A DNA stretch of 63,846 bases, counting the filler, from Choristocarpus tenellus KU-1152 (taxonomy: Eukaryota > Protista > Phaeophyceae), in the NCBI GenBank assembly GCA_964200185.2. It is 14 parts of 14 records of this genome, joined end to end, with 100 filler letters (N's around TTAATTAATTAA, not from the genome) between each part and the next. Parts side by side here need not be neighbours in the genome. Positions count along the whole stretch, not along the records: positions 19,761 to 24,866 come from CAXNAD020011855.1; positions 24,967 to 29,115 come from CAXNAD020015970.1; positions 29,216 to 34,690 come from CAXNAD020010665.1; positions 34,791 to 38,911 come from CAXNAD020016110.1; 10 more parts are not named here. One strand, written 5' to 3'. The notes below the pieces were generated by a model. It was not told the DNA's origin. It saw only the letters and a list, made by a program, of their open reading frames with translations, and did no database searches. Positions 22,478 to 35,442 of the stretch are shown piece after piece; the first letter of the stretch is position 1, and the number at the start of each line of letters is the position of its first letter. Made by a program: the position numbers and the translations under genes.

Positions 22478-25298
22478 GCAAGCCAGTGCCGAAGCAAAAT
22501 TTTCATTTTTGTACTCCTTTTCATACATCTTTAGTACTAGGAGCATACCTTAGAGGTAATATTTCTGTATTTTGGTCAGATTATGTTATGATTGTCACTC
22601 GAGCTCACCAAATTTGAATAATACAAGTAGCGTCTACAACACTGGATGCAAGGAAGACTATTATTCAATCATAACTTCAATTGGTAAGGCTCGAGAAATC
22701 ATGGTAGATTAATGAGAAAAGATGCTGCTTTTCTCCCAATGTGAGATCAGTAATGCTTTCATGGGTTCACACTACGTTGTGAATCAAGGACATGTCGAAG
22801 ATGGAGATGTTCATGTCTGACTCGCGCTATCCTCTTTTTCTAACAAAGACTAGTACAAGCAGGCACTGTCAAATTACTTCGGATTTTGAAAAGCCTCCAT
22901 GTCAACATCCACCTTAGTCCACCAGTTTAATCCATTCGAAGGAATATGAAAGGCGTAAAATTTAAATGGAAGGTGACAAAATTATGCAATAGCGTGTATT
23001 GGGTTGAGTTACGTTGTTCTCTCAATTTTGTCCTTCTGCTTAAAACGTAAGATATTCTGTGTGAACATTTTTGTGTACAGGTTGGAGTTCTCTACAATGG
23101 TGTTGGGCTTGATGAGTGAATACTGAAGTGTCAGCATATTGATGAAAAGAAACATGTCATCTTGCCCCTCTCAATATTTATGTGTTCTCCTTCTTGCGTA
23201 AGAATCCACAATATTGTGCGCTGCACAGGTACATGCTTCATCTATGTTTTCATATCAGTTGGAGAAATCTATTTAGCCATTTTTCAAATTCGCATCTACC
23301 GTTGTAAGCTGTTCAACTCAATTTATATGCTTTATGATAGCCATGCCTCAGACCTTGTGAGGGCACAATCTGGACTTGATTGAAGCATTGCTCCCCCCGA
23401 GTTTTCAGCAATACCAGAGCTGGAATTTCACCAAGTAGTACTATGTCCTAACTCCTCTGTTACCTTCAAGGGAGTTTTGCATTGATTTGGGACATTACAA
23501 GTCTTCATACTCTGGCTTCAAATAGTAAATAGACATGCAGTAACGCATTCGAACAATTCACAGAGAGTTATCAGCTGAGGGTTGGTTATAAACACTGAGA
23601 AGAACTGTACTCTGAAGCATGTGTATAGGGAAACTTGAAGACAAGGTTGGATAGGGGCAGAGAGTTCATTGACACATGAACCAGCGATAGGTTGATTCAG
23701 TGGCAAGGATATGCAGGTAGTATGTTAAGGTGGGGGGGGAGGGGGGTGAATGGGCAGGGTAGGTGATCACAAGGGAAAGAGGGCTGTCAAAGTGGAGGAA
23801 GCTTATGCTGGATGTGAAGTTGCTTGGCAATTGTCTAGGTCCTGTACATGGTGAGTCATACATGGTGGAATGTGTGATCACTTGATTTTGTAGAGAAAAT
23901 TGTATGACTTTGTGTGTGTGAATATAGTGAAGGCAGGCAGTTGGGTTTCAAGTGTTCATATTGCAAGCACACCGAAGATCAAATATTCATTGTTCAAAAA
24001 TTACGGCTCATTGAGTCCAAGCCAAAAATAGCAAAGTGTTTAATCAGAAAGGACCGTACCCATACCCATAGTGACTGTGTTGTTTCGTTGTGGAATGTTT
24101 TTTTTTGGCAGAAAAATAATTTTTAGACTTTTTTGGAGTCAAGGTCTGCAATTCTGTAAATCTTATTCTTATTCTCTGTTGCGGAGGATGTCCTTTAATT
24201 TCAGATGTCCTACATGGACTTGCACGAGGCGGGCATTGATGAGTAGAGTAGCAACTAAACATTGGAATGTTAGGGCACAACCAATCAGTACATTTGAGCA
24301 CTTTGAACTGGTTTGAGGACATGGCATAATTAGCTCTATGTCTCTCCCTCACCAGAATGCCCAAGTGGTTCAATATTAGTGCAAGGTGTGGTGTGCATTG
24401 CCTTCATGTATCTCAGTCATGCGATGCCTTCCAAAGATGTCAAAACCCTTGTGCTGTACGGGGTGTGTATTCAAGTTACTGTATAGACTTCCTAGAGTCT
24501 AACATGGACAACAGTACAGGTTGGTGATGACTTGCCGGTGAATCCATGACACCAGGGTGGTAAACATATTTAGCAGGACATCGTAGAATCGTATGATGTT
24601 GGGTTCTCCGTGGTGCATGAATGACCTGTGCTTCTGTGAGTATACTTGTCTTGTGTGTATGAATGATACCTATAATTTTATTGCAGAAGAAAATTTGATA
24701 CACATCCAATCTCTTGAAGAAATGCAACCAGTCTTCTTAATTCCTGAAGCACAAAATTGAACTGGGGCTACATTAGCGCTCCCTATGTGCAGAGGAAACT
24801 CCTTGATATAGAACTGTCTTAATTATTGTAGTTGGCCTTTGTATCACCCCCCCCCCCCACCCTTCCNNNNNNNNNNNNNNNNNNNNNNNNNNNNNNNNNN
24901 NNNNNNNNNNTTAATTAATTAANNNNNNNNNNNNNNNNNNNNNNNNNNNNNNNNNNNNNNNNNNNNACACCAAGCAATCTCGCCAGGTTTATCACCTTTA
25001 TGTTCTTTGATGATTTTGGGGATACTTTAACAACCTGCCCTATCTATGCATCGCTAGCATTTTGCTATTTCTGGCCTCCTTTGTTGGTTCAAGTCATCCC
25101 TCTGCCTCCTCCCTGGAAAATTATCCTCCAATGAACACTGGTCACCACCATTCAGGTCTTCTGCTTTTTTGTTGTTTCACAATATACACCGGAGTGTAGT
25201 AGGTGCGCCGATAAGTACAATATATATATATACACGTATTTCACATCCATTGGTTTGCGAATTTGTTTTTGTGAAAATTACACGATGAGAACTGCTTA

Positions 25299-25560
25299 GA
25301 GTCAAACCAACTGAGAGGCAGGCAAGGTGGCATTATAAGCATCCCAAGAAAGGGCAAAAGGATTCCACTTTGTACAATTGCAGAACGACCCTTCTTTCCT
25401 GAACAGTAATTTCACTTTGTGCACGGAAAGGGAGAATATCCATCTTGCGTACACTATTGTGCACATAAAGCAATGAAATAGAGTGTATTGCACTAGGTGA
25501 GAAATATGACTTAGAATGTAGAAGGGTCCAAACCTGTCCACCTCTCAATTTGTGCGACTC
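25299..25560. mobile_element. MITE family C with TTA target site duplication
   Basis: It reads TTA|GAGTCAAACCAACTGAGAGG...CCTCTCAATTTGTGCGACTC|TTA and is homologous to 29389-29643, 51870-52124 and 54593-54831. Confidence 0.85.
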
Positions 25561-25938
25561 TTACCAGTTATTTTTTGGCGGATCAAGTGTTACAGGCGAA
25601 TAGCGCAAGTATTTCTTTCCATGCTTTAACCGGCACGAGCAGTGTACGTGCGTGGGGAACCCCAAAAGGGGGAACTCCGATTTGCTAAAAAGTTGCAGAA
25701 TAAAATCTGTAACTCGGGAAAGTCGCAAGGGTTCTTAGATATTTTCCAATGTCTGTAAACCAAAGAAGTCCCAACCATAAATGATAATAAGAGATCCTAA
25801 AAACGGCTCCAAACAGCTCAGTTCTTCTGACCTAGAGACCCCACCTATAGCACTCTCTCTTTCTGATATCATATAATTTCCTACGCTAATTGATTCATTA
25901 AGAGTACCCCTGTTCTGCTGAGCTGACGTTTGTTAACC

Positions 25939-26103
25939 GGTGGATTGGACTCCTTTGGCTGTCGGAGTATCCTGGGAGAGCATAGGCGTCATTTATAGAC
26001 CTGTGGATTGGAGCTGCACATCCTGTGGAGGATCCTGGGAGCTCTGTATGAACATTGGCGTCATCTATTGGTCTGTGGGTTGGAGCTACACATCTGGTGG
26101 AGG
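25939..26103. repeat. Imperfect tandem repeat, about 65-70 bp x 2.5
   Basis: The motif GTGG(A/G)TTGGAGCT(G/A)CACATC..GTGGAGGATCCTGGGAG..GGCGTCAT recurs. Confidence 0.6.
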
Positions 26104-27926
26104 CAAGCTTCTGGAGCGTGCCTGTAACACAAGCACATCACACTGCTACAACACCCACTGCACAAAGATGAAAACCTTGGTGGTGCAAGCAGCCATGAAG
26201 TCTAGTTTCAACTCTGTTTTCGTGTGCGTCGTGATGCTGTCTTGTATTCCCTGTTCGTGTGTCTCTTTCTCTCTCATTACAACATGGGATATCTGCAAAA
26301 CCAATGTAAGTGGGCGACTAATGATTAAAAAATAAAAATATGAATATGTACACCACGTTGAATACCACCTTCATTCCTGGGTGGGCAGGGTTTGGGGCAA
26401 TAACCAGAGCCCACCATAATTTCCCGCCTTTGTACAACCTATATTTACATATATATATATAGGGTTAAGGTTTGGCAAAGCATGTCCTAGCATGACTGAC
26501 CACAGCAAGCAGGGTAAATAGGCTTTGTCTGAGGCGATAGGGGCAGGTATCATATTTTATACTGGAAAAATTATGGCGTAGTGGCTTCGTGAATACTTAA
26601 TTGTGGAGGTGGATGCTGAAGGAGGGAGGGTCCACTAAGCAAAGGGAAAATAGGAAAGCACATTTAATGTGGATAGGGATGAATGCACAACCCTGAGTAG
26701 ATAGATAGGTAAAGTCCAATGGGCAGTGAATGTCAAAAGGGGAGAGTTTTGCCACCCAAAGATGCGCATTTGCACCACCAATATTTAATACTGGAGCTTC
26801 GAGACCAAGAATCAAATCGGTTAGTGCCCAAATGAAAACACACAAACCGCACACTAAAGTAGATACAAAAGGAAAACAGACACTACTGATGAACAGGTGG
26901 AGAGAGATGACTCAACCCTCTCACAGTAGATGATGTTCCGATCACTGTGAAATGGGTTCAGTCTCCTCTGACCGAGAGAGGGTTTTGGGATGCGGGATAA
27001 GAAACTGCAGGACAAAGGCTTATTGGAGAAGGTTTTATCGAGGCTTCACACTGAGAGGTCAGGGGGAATAGACAAGGCACGGGGTGAGAATGCTGGCAAC
27101 TAAATGATGTATACCTCCAACCTCCACGATATGTGAGCTTGTACCCACTTTGCTGGGAAGTAGATCAGGGAGGAGAGCTAATGAGTACACAGTAGCAACA
27201 ATGTTTTGAGGGACTAAGGGAAGGCGTAAGGACCTAATGGGGGGCTTCAAGAAGGAGCAGTGTTGCAGTATTGTATCTTGTACTGTGCACATATCATGTG
27301 AGAATACAAGTCGATCAATTGTTCCTTAACCACAGGGATTAAATGCCTATGTTCTTACTCACAGCATAAGCTCTACAGTTAGGTGCACATCAGAACCAGG
27401 GTAATTGTTTTCTGAAGGGCGCTTAACCATTATTACAATTAAGAGCCTCCATCAGAACCTCCGCTTGCGTGCCTGGGATATTTGATTGGGTTGAACTCGC
27501 AGGGACTCTGATACTCTCTATGTTGCAAACATGGTGACATTTTTTTCAGTCTTGACAGTCCTTTTGATGCTCAGAACAACCGCACTCAACAAACTTCCAT
27601 TCGACCGTCCATTTACCTCTAATTCTTGTATCAAGGTACATCTACACTTCCGACTGGTAAATGTGATACTTGCGAAATAACACACCGCTGTGACATGCTC
27701 ATTCAATTCCTCGCCATTAAGTTATCACCCTTTATAGAGAGACTTTTACAGGACGGTGCCCAGCAAGTCGGTATGTGGTCATGTCAGGCAGAAAAAGAGT
27801 AAGGTGGACAATCCTAGTGGAGGACTATGTCCACTAGTAGCATTCATTACACGCAATGAGATGCCTGAACCCAATCCACGAGAAGAAGCAAGGTACCCTC
27901 GGACGTGGTGCATGTAAGTAATTAGT

Positions 27927-28272
27927 GAGTCAAAGTAAACGAGAGTTGCATTTTAAGGATGCGCACAAACATGTGCACAATTCCTTTAAAAAAAAGAAGC
28001 GTATCGGATATTCTCCTAATTTGTGTCGGAAAGTTTCAAACGATATAGAAATCAATCAACCCTCTCAAGTCAAATTTACCATTTTGTGATAGCCATCTCC
28101 CAAATACGTTATACGTTCAAGGTGATCTACCTTCTGAGGATGTACTTCAGGCGTGTTTCCATCTGTTTCATAACTTCATCCATAGAAAAATGTTGGTGAA
28201 TTACAAAAATTGAAAAACTGATTTATAATGCAAAACGATCGAAAACTGGGTACATCTCGTTTACTTTGGTTT
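27927..28272. mobile_element. MITE family D with AGT target site duplication
   Basis: It reads AGT|GAGTCAAAGTAAACGAGA...TCTCGTTTACTTTGGTTT|AGT. Confidence 0.8.
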
Positions 28273-28506
28273 AGTACTACTCCACAATGTACTCAGGACA
28301 TTTGATAGTTGCTGCACACAAAACCTTTGACTATGGGCCAGGCTAGTCCAGACTAAAGTGAGGCATATATACCAATAGTTGGTCTTTGTTCGCAGGATGT
28401 ACTTGTAGAACGCTATTATAATAATTATTGTTGTAGTATTGGTCGATTAAAAGTAAAACAAGGATTAATATTCCTCTAGTGTTGGCAGTCGCCTCTAGGA
28501 TGAGAC

Positions 28507-28804
28507 CAATCTTGATTTTTTGGAAAGGTTTTCCCAACGATTTAATTAACAATGAGCGCATCAAATGAGAGCTCTTGATCTAAGGTATCACTGGTGCAAA
28601 TTATTTTTTTCGGAGATGTTTTTATATGTTAACCAAATGTACTCGGCACAACCTTAGAAATGTTCCGGAATGAATTATCACGACCAAACATTTTTTTCCG
28701 AACTAATTTCTTTGCACCAGTGATAGCTTAGATCCAGAGCTTTTATTGGATACGCTGATCGTTGATTAACTTGTTGGGCAACCCTCTAAAAAAAATCAAG
28801 ATTG
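28507..28804. mobile_element. Foldback MITE with long imperfect inverted arms
   Basis: The left arm CAATCTTGATTTTTT..GATCTAAGGTATCACTGGTGCAAA pairs with the right arm TTTGCACCAGTGATAGCTTAGATC..AAAAAATCAAGATTG. Confidence 0.75.
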
Positions 28805-28888
28805 ACCACCTCTAAACGGTACGTGGGCTAACCTCGGCTTAATACTGTTTAAGCCACTCACAGGACACGGAATCTTGTTGAGCGTCTT

Positions 28889-29095
28889 GGAGGACACTGC
28901 TTGATGCTTCCAAAATACCACTGTGAATTGAACCCGATAGAGATGGTCTGGGGGCGGACGAAGCACTATGTATGAGGGCACTGTGACTATGCCTGGAATG
29001 GGAGTCAACGTCCCTGTCAGTCTAAAGGAGGAAGGGTGGCTGTCCAGAGTAATTGTGGAGAGGTTCTTCAGGTTGAGCATTGCCACCTGATATAT
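28889..29095 (+). pseudogene. C-terminal fragment of an IS630/Tc1-like DDE transposase
   Basis: It translates as GHCLMLPKYHCELNPIEMVWGRTKHYV*GHCDY..IVERFFR, containing the LP.YHCELNPIE motif that carries the catalytic Glu, with an in-frame stop. Confidence 0.8.
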
Positions 29096-29215
29096 CCCAA
29101 CGAGAAAGGCGTGGANNNNNNNNNNNNNNNNNNNNNNNNNNNNNNNNNNNNNNNNNNNNTTAATTAATTAANNNNNNNNNNNNNNNNNNNNNNNNNNNNN
29201 NNNNNNNNNNNNNNN

Positions 29216-29376
29216 GGGGGGAACTACACCAGGGTGTCCATTTGGACCATAACACCAGGAAAAGTGCACTTACATTATCCATCCGATGTATGCAACCCAA
29301 ATCACACAATAATCGCGACAAAAAAAATTGACCCCAAATGGATAGTCGCCACCCCCCCCCCCAGATACTTTGAGTC
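29216..29376 (+). mobile_element. MITE family B at a contig start
   Basis: It reads CTACACCAGGGTGTCCATTTGG...CCCAGATACTTTGAGTC. Confidence 0.85.
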
Positions 29377-29388
29377 CAAAATACTTTT

Positions 29389-29643
29389 GAGTCAAACTTA
29401 TTGAGACTTTAGCAGGTTTGAATTTGAAGGATACTGAGAAAGAGGGCAAAAATATCTATATTGAACAAGTGCAGAAAGTGCCTTTATTTAACTGCGGTGT
29501 CATATTTTGTGTGCAAAAAGATCGATTTTGCGTACACTATTGTACATAAAAAGGAGTGATACAGAGTGTATTGCACATGGTAAGAAATATGGTTCAACAA
29601 GCAAAGGGGTCCAAAACCGCCTACCTCTCAATTGGTTTGGCTC
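29389..29643. mobile_element. MITE family C with TTT target site duplication
   Basis: It reads TTT|GAGTCAAAC...CCTCTCAATTGGTTTGGCTC|TTT. Confidence 0.75.
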
Positions 29644-31754
29644 TTTTCAACGGCGAAAACTATCAGAATCAACATACAAGCTAAGGTTTGTATCGATGTG
29701 CCCACCCTCTGATAATATGGCAACAACATCTCGACATGAAAATCAAGTACATTTAGCTTTTGCAACAGAGGGTAGTTTCAAGTGATACCCACACGAATTG
29801 TCAGAGTCCCATTGTGCGAGACCTACGGCATTGACTATTCCTTTCGACCTTACGCCAAAGGCACAAGAGGTTATGGAGCCATCAGTGTCAAGCATGTTTC
29901 ACTTTCCATCTCCTTTTTGCCCCCAGACAGTGCAATTGCGATATAGGATAGCATGGCCGACTTGTACACCAAGGACAATGGCTCGGGTAATACGCACATC
30001 TCCTTACTTTGTTATATAATCTAGGAAATATAACGTTCCGGACCGATTTTTTCTGCCTCACTCAGAGTTGATTGAGGGGATGAATTGCAAACACAGTTCA
30101 AGACTGAATATTTTCAATATCCTAAGTTATCGCATGAAAACGTTATGGAGCGAGGCAACCTCGTGCACCTTTACCTCTTCCTGAAGGCTGTGGCTCTGTG
30201 GACTGTAGAAGGAAAATAAATCGTCAACTTAAGTGCAAAATAACCCTTTAGAGTGCCACAAGCACGTGTACCACAAGCCAGCCACCAGGGTCCCAAATAT
30301 GCCATTATTCTCCCCCCTAAGATAAGATAGCTCAATCCGTTGCTGACCTAAGAAGATAGAGGAGATTCGGGAATATAGCTTAAATCTTCTTATAATACCC
30401 CCGCGATAATACCCAACATCCCTGACCAGAGCCCCTATCATGTTATGTGTACCCAATAAACCGAAAATTTATCATTATAGATACCATGTAAAGATGGCAT
30501 ATCTAGCTAGGCAATAAATGTATTACTTTGTCATTATTTTATCACTAGACGCCTTTGATGCCACGGAGTTGAAGCATAATCTACTGTCAAGTAATGGAGT
30601 CTGCACAAACACCCTCAACTATGTCATTTACTGACGAACACTTTAGTCCGGGAATACTATGAACCTAACTCGACTCTTCACTACTTCCAAACTATGGTCA
30701 GAGGTACTACACACTGCACCACTTCTTTATCTACAAACCACTAGTAACTAGTGTTGTCTCACACCACAAGCATCTGTGTTACCAATGCTCTAGCAACCTT
30801 GCCTTGAGGTGATAGCTCCAACTCGCATCCTGTGCACCAATGATGAGGCTTGAAGACGGTGCCAACAATGCGTCGCCGTGTGTAGCTCCAATCCTTACGT
30901 CTGTAGGCAGATTATGAGACTTAAAGACTGCGTCAAGATGAAAATATCTCAAAATATGCTGGATCTCTCGCTTTGATTGTTCACTTTATGATTGATTCGA
31001 GGTATAATAAGGACTGAGACGTCAGCAAAGAATGGTCTGACAATGACTAGAATATAAATTTGAGGTAAAGAAGCACAGCCTACAAAGCTGAAGACTTCAA
31101 GTTCACAATAGCGTTTATGAAACCATCATGAGGACCCATCGCTTGTGACAATTGGACTGCCCCCTGAGATTCTTGGCTTAGCCATTCCATAACTCACCAT
31201 TCTGCCTCCTCCCTATAATCTTAGGCGGTACTCGTCTCACCTCAATAGACATACCTCGATTTTTTTTTCCGACGTTTCTTGTGGATTACGAGGTTGGACG
31301 TTTACCCATCCAAGTTTCTTGCTGTGTGTGGTCCATCCAACTCAAATATATTTCCCTAAAAATAAATTTATTGACAAGGTTTGAACCCGCGCTTTTTTAT
31401 GGATAGAAACTGATATTTTTTATATTTTGGAATTATTGGTGGTAGAAGTAATGTGTGAAGTCTGTTATACGTGAAGAATATATTATCTTGATAGAACCAA
31501 TAAGGAAGAATCATAAACGAGTCAACGGACCAACCACGAATCAACAACGGCACTTAAATTGACTCATGGTTTGAAAGCTGTGACTGTTGGACTATTTTTT
31601 GAAAGAGGTGAACAATTTTTTAACAAAACTTACGTCCATTTAGAATCAACGACAGAAGAAGGACAACACAACACTCAACTCTATCTAGGCAGAATTCCCA
31701 CACTGTTCCTCTGTCTCTATCGACAAGGCTCTCACAACGTCCCACAAGAAGGAT

Positions 31755-33784
31755 ATGAACATGGTGCAGGACAATTTCCACCAGGCACTAGTAATCGACA
31801 ATGGAACTGGGACATGCAAGGTCGGGTTTGCTGGTGGATGCGCTCCTGATATTCTCTTTCCTTCCTCCCTTGGTCGGTTGGGGCGCCAAAGCAAGGTGAG
31901 GAACCCAGGACTCCATGCAAATCGATAGAAGACGCTTTCTAGCCATCTGCGTCAAGATTTGGAAATGATGTCAGGATCATACCTATGTCAGTGCCGTTGC
32001 CGTTGAAGTTCGTATTTTCTTACATGCAGACATCCAATTGGTTATCACGCTCAAATTATCAACAAGCATCGTCTTTGATGCACTTCGTAGGTCTGTCGAA
32101 TCCACGTACAAGCTGTAGTTTTTCTCGTTGAAAGTAAGTGGGCCCCGACTCCTCTGAGTGGCTTTTGGTCGAAGGGAGAAATGCACAAAGCACAACCAAA
32201 ATCGATTCACGAACTTTTCTCACTCAACTTCGACATCCAAGTTTGGAGTATTGCGTCGATGAATACTATGCAAAAAACATTGAGATTGGAGTTCCCTATG
32301 GCCAAATATAAGGAACTGATCAAACTCCTCACCCCACCTTCCATAATATTCCCCTCGGAAATTTCTGGACCTCAACACACCAGGAGGACACTCGTTTCGT
32401 GGGGGGAAAAGTCCCATCTAAGGGGATCGTACGATGTCTTGAGCCCCCGATCGAACGCGGTATTGTTACCAACTGGGACGACATGGAAAGGATATGGCAT
32501 CATATCTTTCGCAATGAGCTCGGTGTTCTTCCTGAGGAGTACCCTGTGTTACTCGCAGAGCCCCCGATTTCAATCTCTGACAGTACACGTCTCAAGGCAA
32601 GCAGGGATCGCATGAGCGAGATCATGTTCGAGAAGTTTGGAGTTCCAGCTTTGCACATCAACGTTCAGGCAGTACTCTCACTGTATGCCTCAGGCCGTGC
32701 TACTGGATGCGTTCTGGACTCAGGCCACGGGGTGACCCATACTGTGCCCATCTTTGAGGGATATACCATACCACACGCCATTAGTAGGTTGGAAATTGCT
32801 GGTGATGACCTGACCCGCAACCTCGCAAGTGTCCTGGTGCAAAGTCGTGTATTCTCTTCCATGTCTACTGCACAAGTAGAGACGAATGCATGCAGAATTA
32901 AGGAGGATATCACATATGTGTCAGAGAATTTCGACCAGGAAATGAAGACTTTGATCAAGTTTCCTTCCCTGATGAAAGAGCGCTACAAGTTACCAGATGG
33001 CAGAACTGTATTTGTCGGCAAGGAACGATTCCATTGCCCAGAGGTGTGTGGTCACTCCTTATCTCCCATCCACTGTGATCGCTTTGCGTAGAGATTTGAA
33101 CTGTGTTGAAGTGGTTCCTTCTGTAGGTCCAAAGCCATACCTGGGTATTTTATACAGCCATGAATACTCGTGAGAGACAGTTGGAATGTTGCTTGTTTCT
33201 CCTATTTCAGTCAACCTATTTTTCTGTTCTATAGTCGTAGGCCCAGCTCAATGTAGATATGAGAAGCTTCTCTTACCTGCACTACAATGCCCTGTTTTTT
33301 CTCTAACTTGAGATATTGGGACATCTATCAGTGCCAAACGTCATAGTCCCTACTACTGTACACATACGATTCCAATATGATCACTTCTTTCTCACATACC
33401 TATCTTACAAATCACACCCACACTACACAGGCACTATTCCAACCCACGCTAATTGGTATGGATTCGTCACTCGGCATCCACGACTGCACCTTCCAGAGCA
33501 TCACAAAATGCGATCGAAACATCTGGAGCATGCTCTACAGCAACGTCATCCTGTCTGGTGGGACGACCATGGTCTCTGGCATTGGTCAGCGAATGACCAA
33601 GGAGCTTGCTTCCCTTGCTACACCTGGAACGAAGATTAAAGTAGTGAGCCCTCCGGGGCGGAGTGTATCTGCTTGGGTTGGAGGGTCTGTCCTCGGCTCT
33701 CTCTCTACCTTCCAGCGGCTGTGTGTCTCTAAGGCCGAGTATGAGGAGATTGGGCCATCAGCCATACATCGGAAGTGCTTCTGA
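31755..33784 (+). CDS. Divergent actin or actin-like protein, complete (about 384 aa, 3 exons)
   Basis: Exons are 31755-31895, 32384-33043 and 33431-33784, all phase 0 with GT-AG introns. Motifs are [87 protein letters not shown] and HRKCF*. Confidence 0.93.
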
Positions 33785-34617
33785 ATGGATGCGGACAAGA
33801 ACTTATCGTACTTCAATAGAAATGCCCTTTGTTTAGAGACCGTATACATTTGTAGAAACTGTAGAAAGGGAAAGATTGAAAAATGGTGACTAGAGTTGCT
33901 TGTGTGCGACTGAATTTTGAGCCTCTATTTTAGTCTCTTAATGTTTATGTACATAGATCTGTGATTTGCTCTGCAAACTCGACTTTTTCATGTGTTCTGT
34001 GAACGAAAGAGGTGAAGCAGATTGATATGTAATTTGCACCACTAGGCCCTACTCTGTTGTAATTTGGGATAGTAGATTGTGTTGCCCTACGAAATGGATA
34101 CTCCATGAACCAGTGGCAATCTGAAAGTGACGATGAGTTGAGTAAAAAAAGTTTTGAAGTTTTGAATAGTACTGTTTGGAAAGCTCTACCCCAGAGTATA
34201 ATCATGAGTTTATCTTTTTTCTATCATAGAAGAGGGTGGAGGAAGAGTACAATACCTAGACATCTCCTTCACAGCTACGTATAACTGGAGTACCTTAAAA
34301 GTATTTTCTATTTCTCATGGCGTGAACATGAAAAATACATGGTGCTGTGTCAGAAACCAAGTAGTGGTCTCAACGATGACATGAAGAAGTGGTGATAGCC
34401 ACCTACTACCTGACTGAGAGTGCTTGGCCTCCTCTTTTGGAGACATTCTACAAGATGCCCCTCACCATTGAGGGCCTGCAAATGTTGAACCCTCTTTGAG
34501 TATAATGAGCCATTGAGCACTACCCCTCCACAACTGTAGGTAGGTGTTGAGCAGTATTATCTTCTTAGAGAACATCCAAGCAGGGCCTCTTTGCTTGCTC
34601 ATGTAGAAGCCATTTAC

Positions 34618-34690
34618 TGTTACAGGCGCCCCTCAATGCTCACCTTCCAGGGTGTACAACTCAAATCCAACGACCTTAAAACGATGAGAT
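34618..34690 (+). repeat. Second copy of the putative LTR terminus
   Basis: It is near-identical to 3907-3979. Confidence 0.6.
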
Positions 34691-34790
34691 NNNNNNNNNN
34701 NNNNNNNNNNNNNNNNNNNNNNNNNNNNNNNNNNTTAATTAATTAANNNNNNNNNNNNNNNNNNNNNNNNNNNNNNNNNNNNNNNNNNNN

Positions 34791-34867
34791 AAAATTACAT
34801 CAAAATCGCAACATTGGATTTTGACCCCCGAATGGACACGGCTCTACCCTCTAAGGTACTTTGGGTC
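34791..34867 (+). mobile_element. MITE family A, right end, at a contig start
   Basis: It reads CAACATTGGATTTTGACCCCC..CTACCCTCTAAGGTACTTTGGGTC. Confidence 0.75.
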
Positions 34868-35442
34868 AGCAGCTTTAACGTGGCAGTTCCACCCTAAACC
34901 AACAATGTATGTAGGGGAAAACGCTTCCAAAGACTAGCAAAGGGTTAGTCAACACCATGCGCTTGCTTCCTCTACAGAGATAGACAAATGAGAAGCCTGC
35001 ACGGGTTAACCACAACTTACTGTGGAGGAACACGTGAACAAGTTAAATATTTGCCTACGCTAATGCAACTGCTGTCAAAAAAAAATTATCAGTCAACAAT
35101 AACCATTTCAAGTCCATCTGTATCAAACTCTCATCCCCCTCAACAGTATCCAACAGGAAACTGCCGTGCATGATTGTATGACCCGAGTGTCCACACTCAT
35201 CTATTCGCCTGGAAGCACACCCACCTCACACCCTGACCCAATTATAAACCCCAAATCCATAACAGTATATGCCCTAAGAGGGAAGAGCACAAACCTACTG
35301 AGTCAGAGAGAGACCGACCATACCTATGGCCAAAACAGTGACATAACAGCATGCACGGAACAGCTTCTCAACTATAGAGGAAGGAGGCGGGGGGGAAGTA
35401 TGATGACTAAGCAAAGTTTTCCCAGATGCTTGCTTTGCTTGC

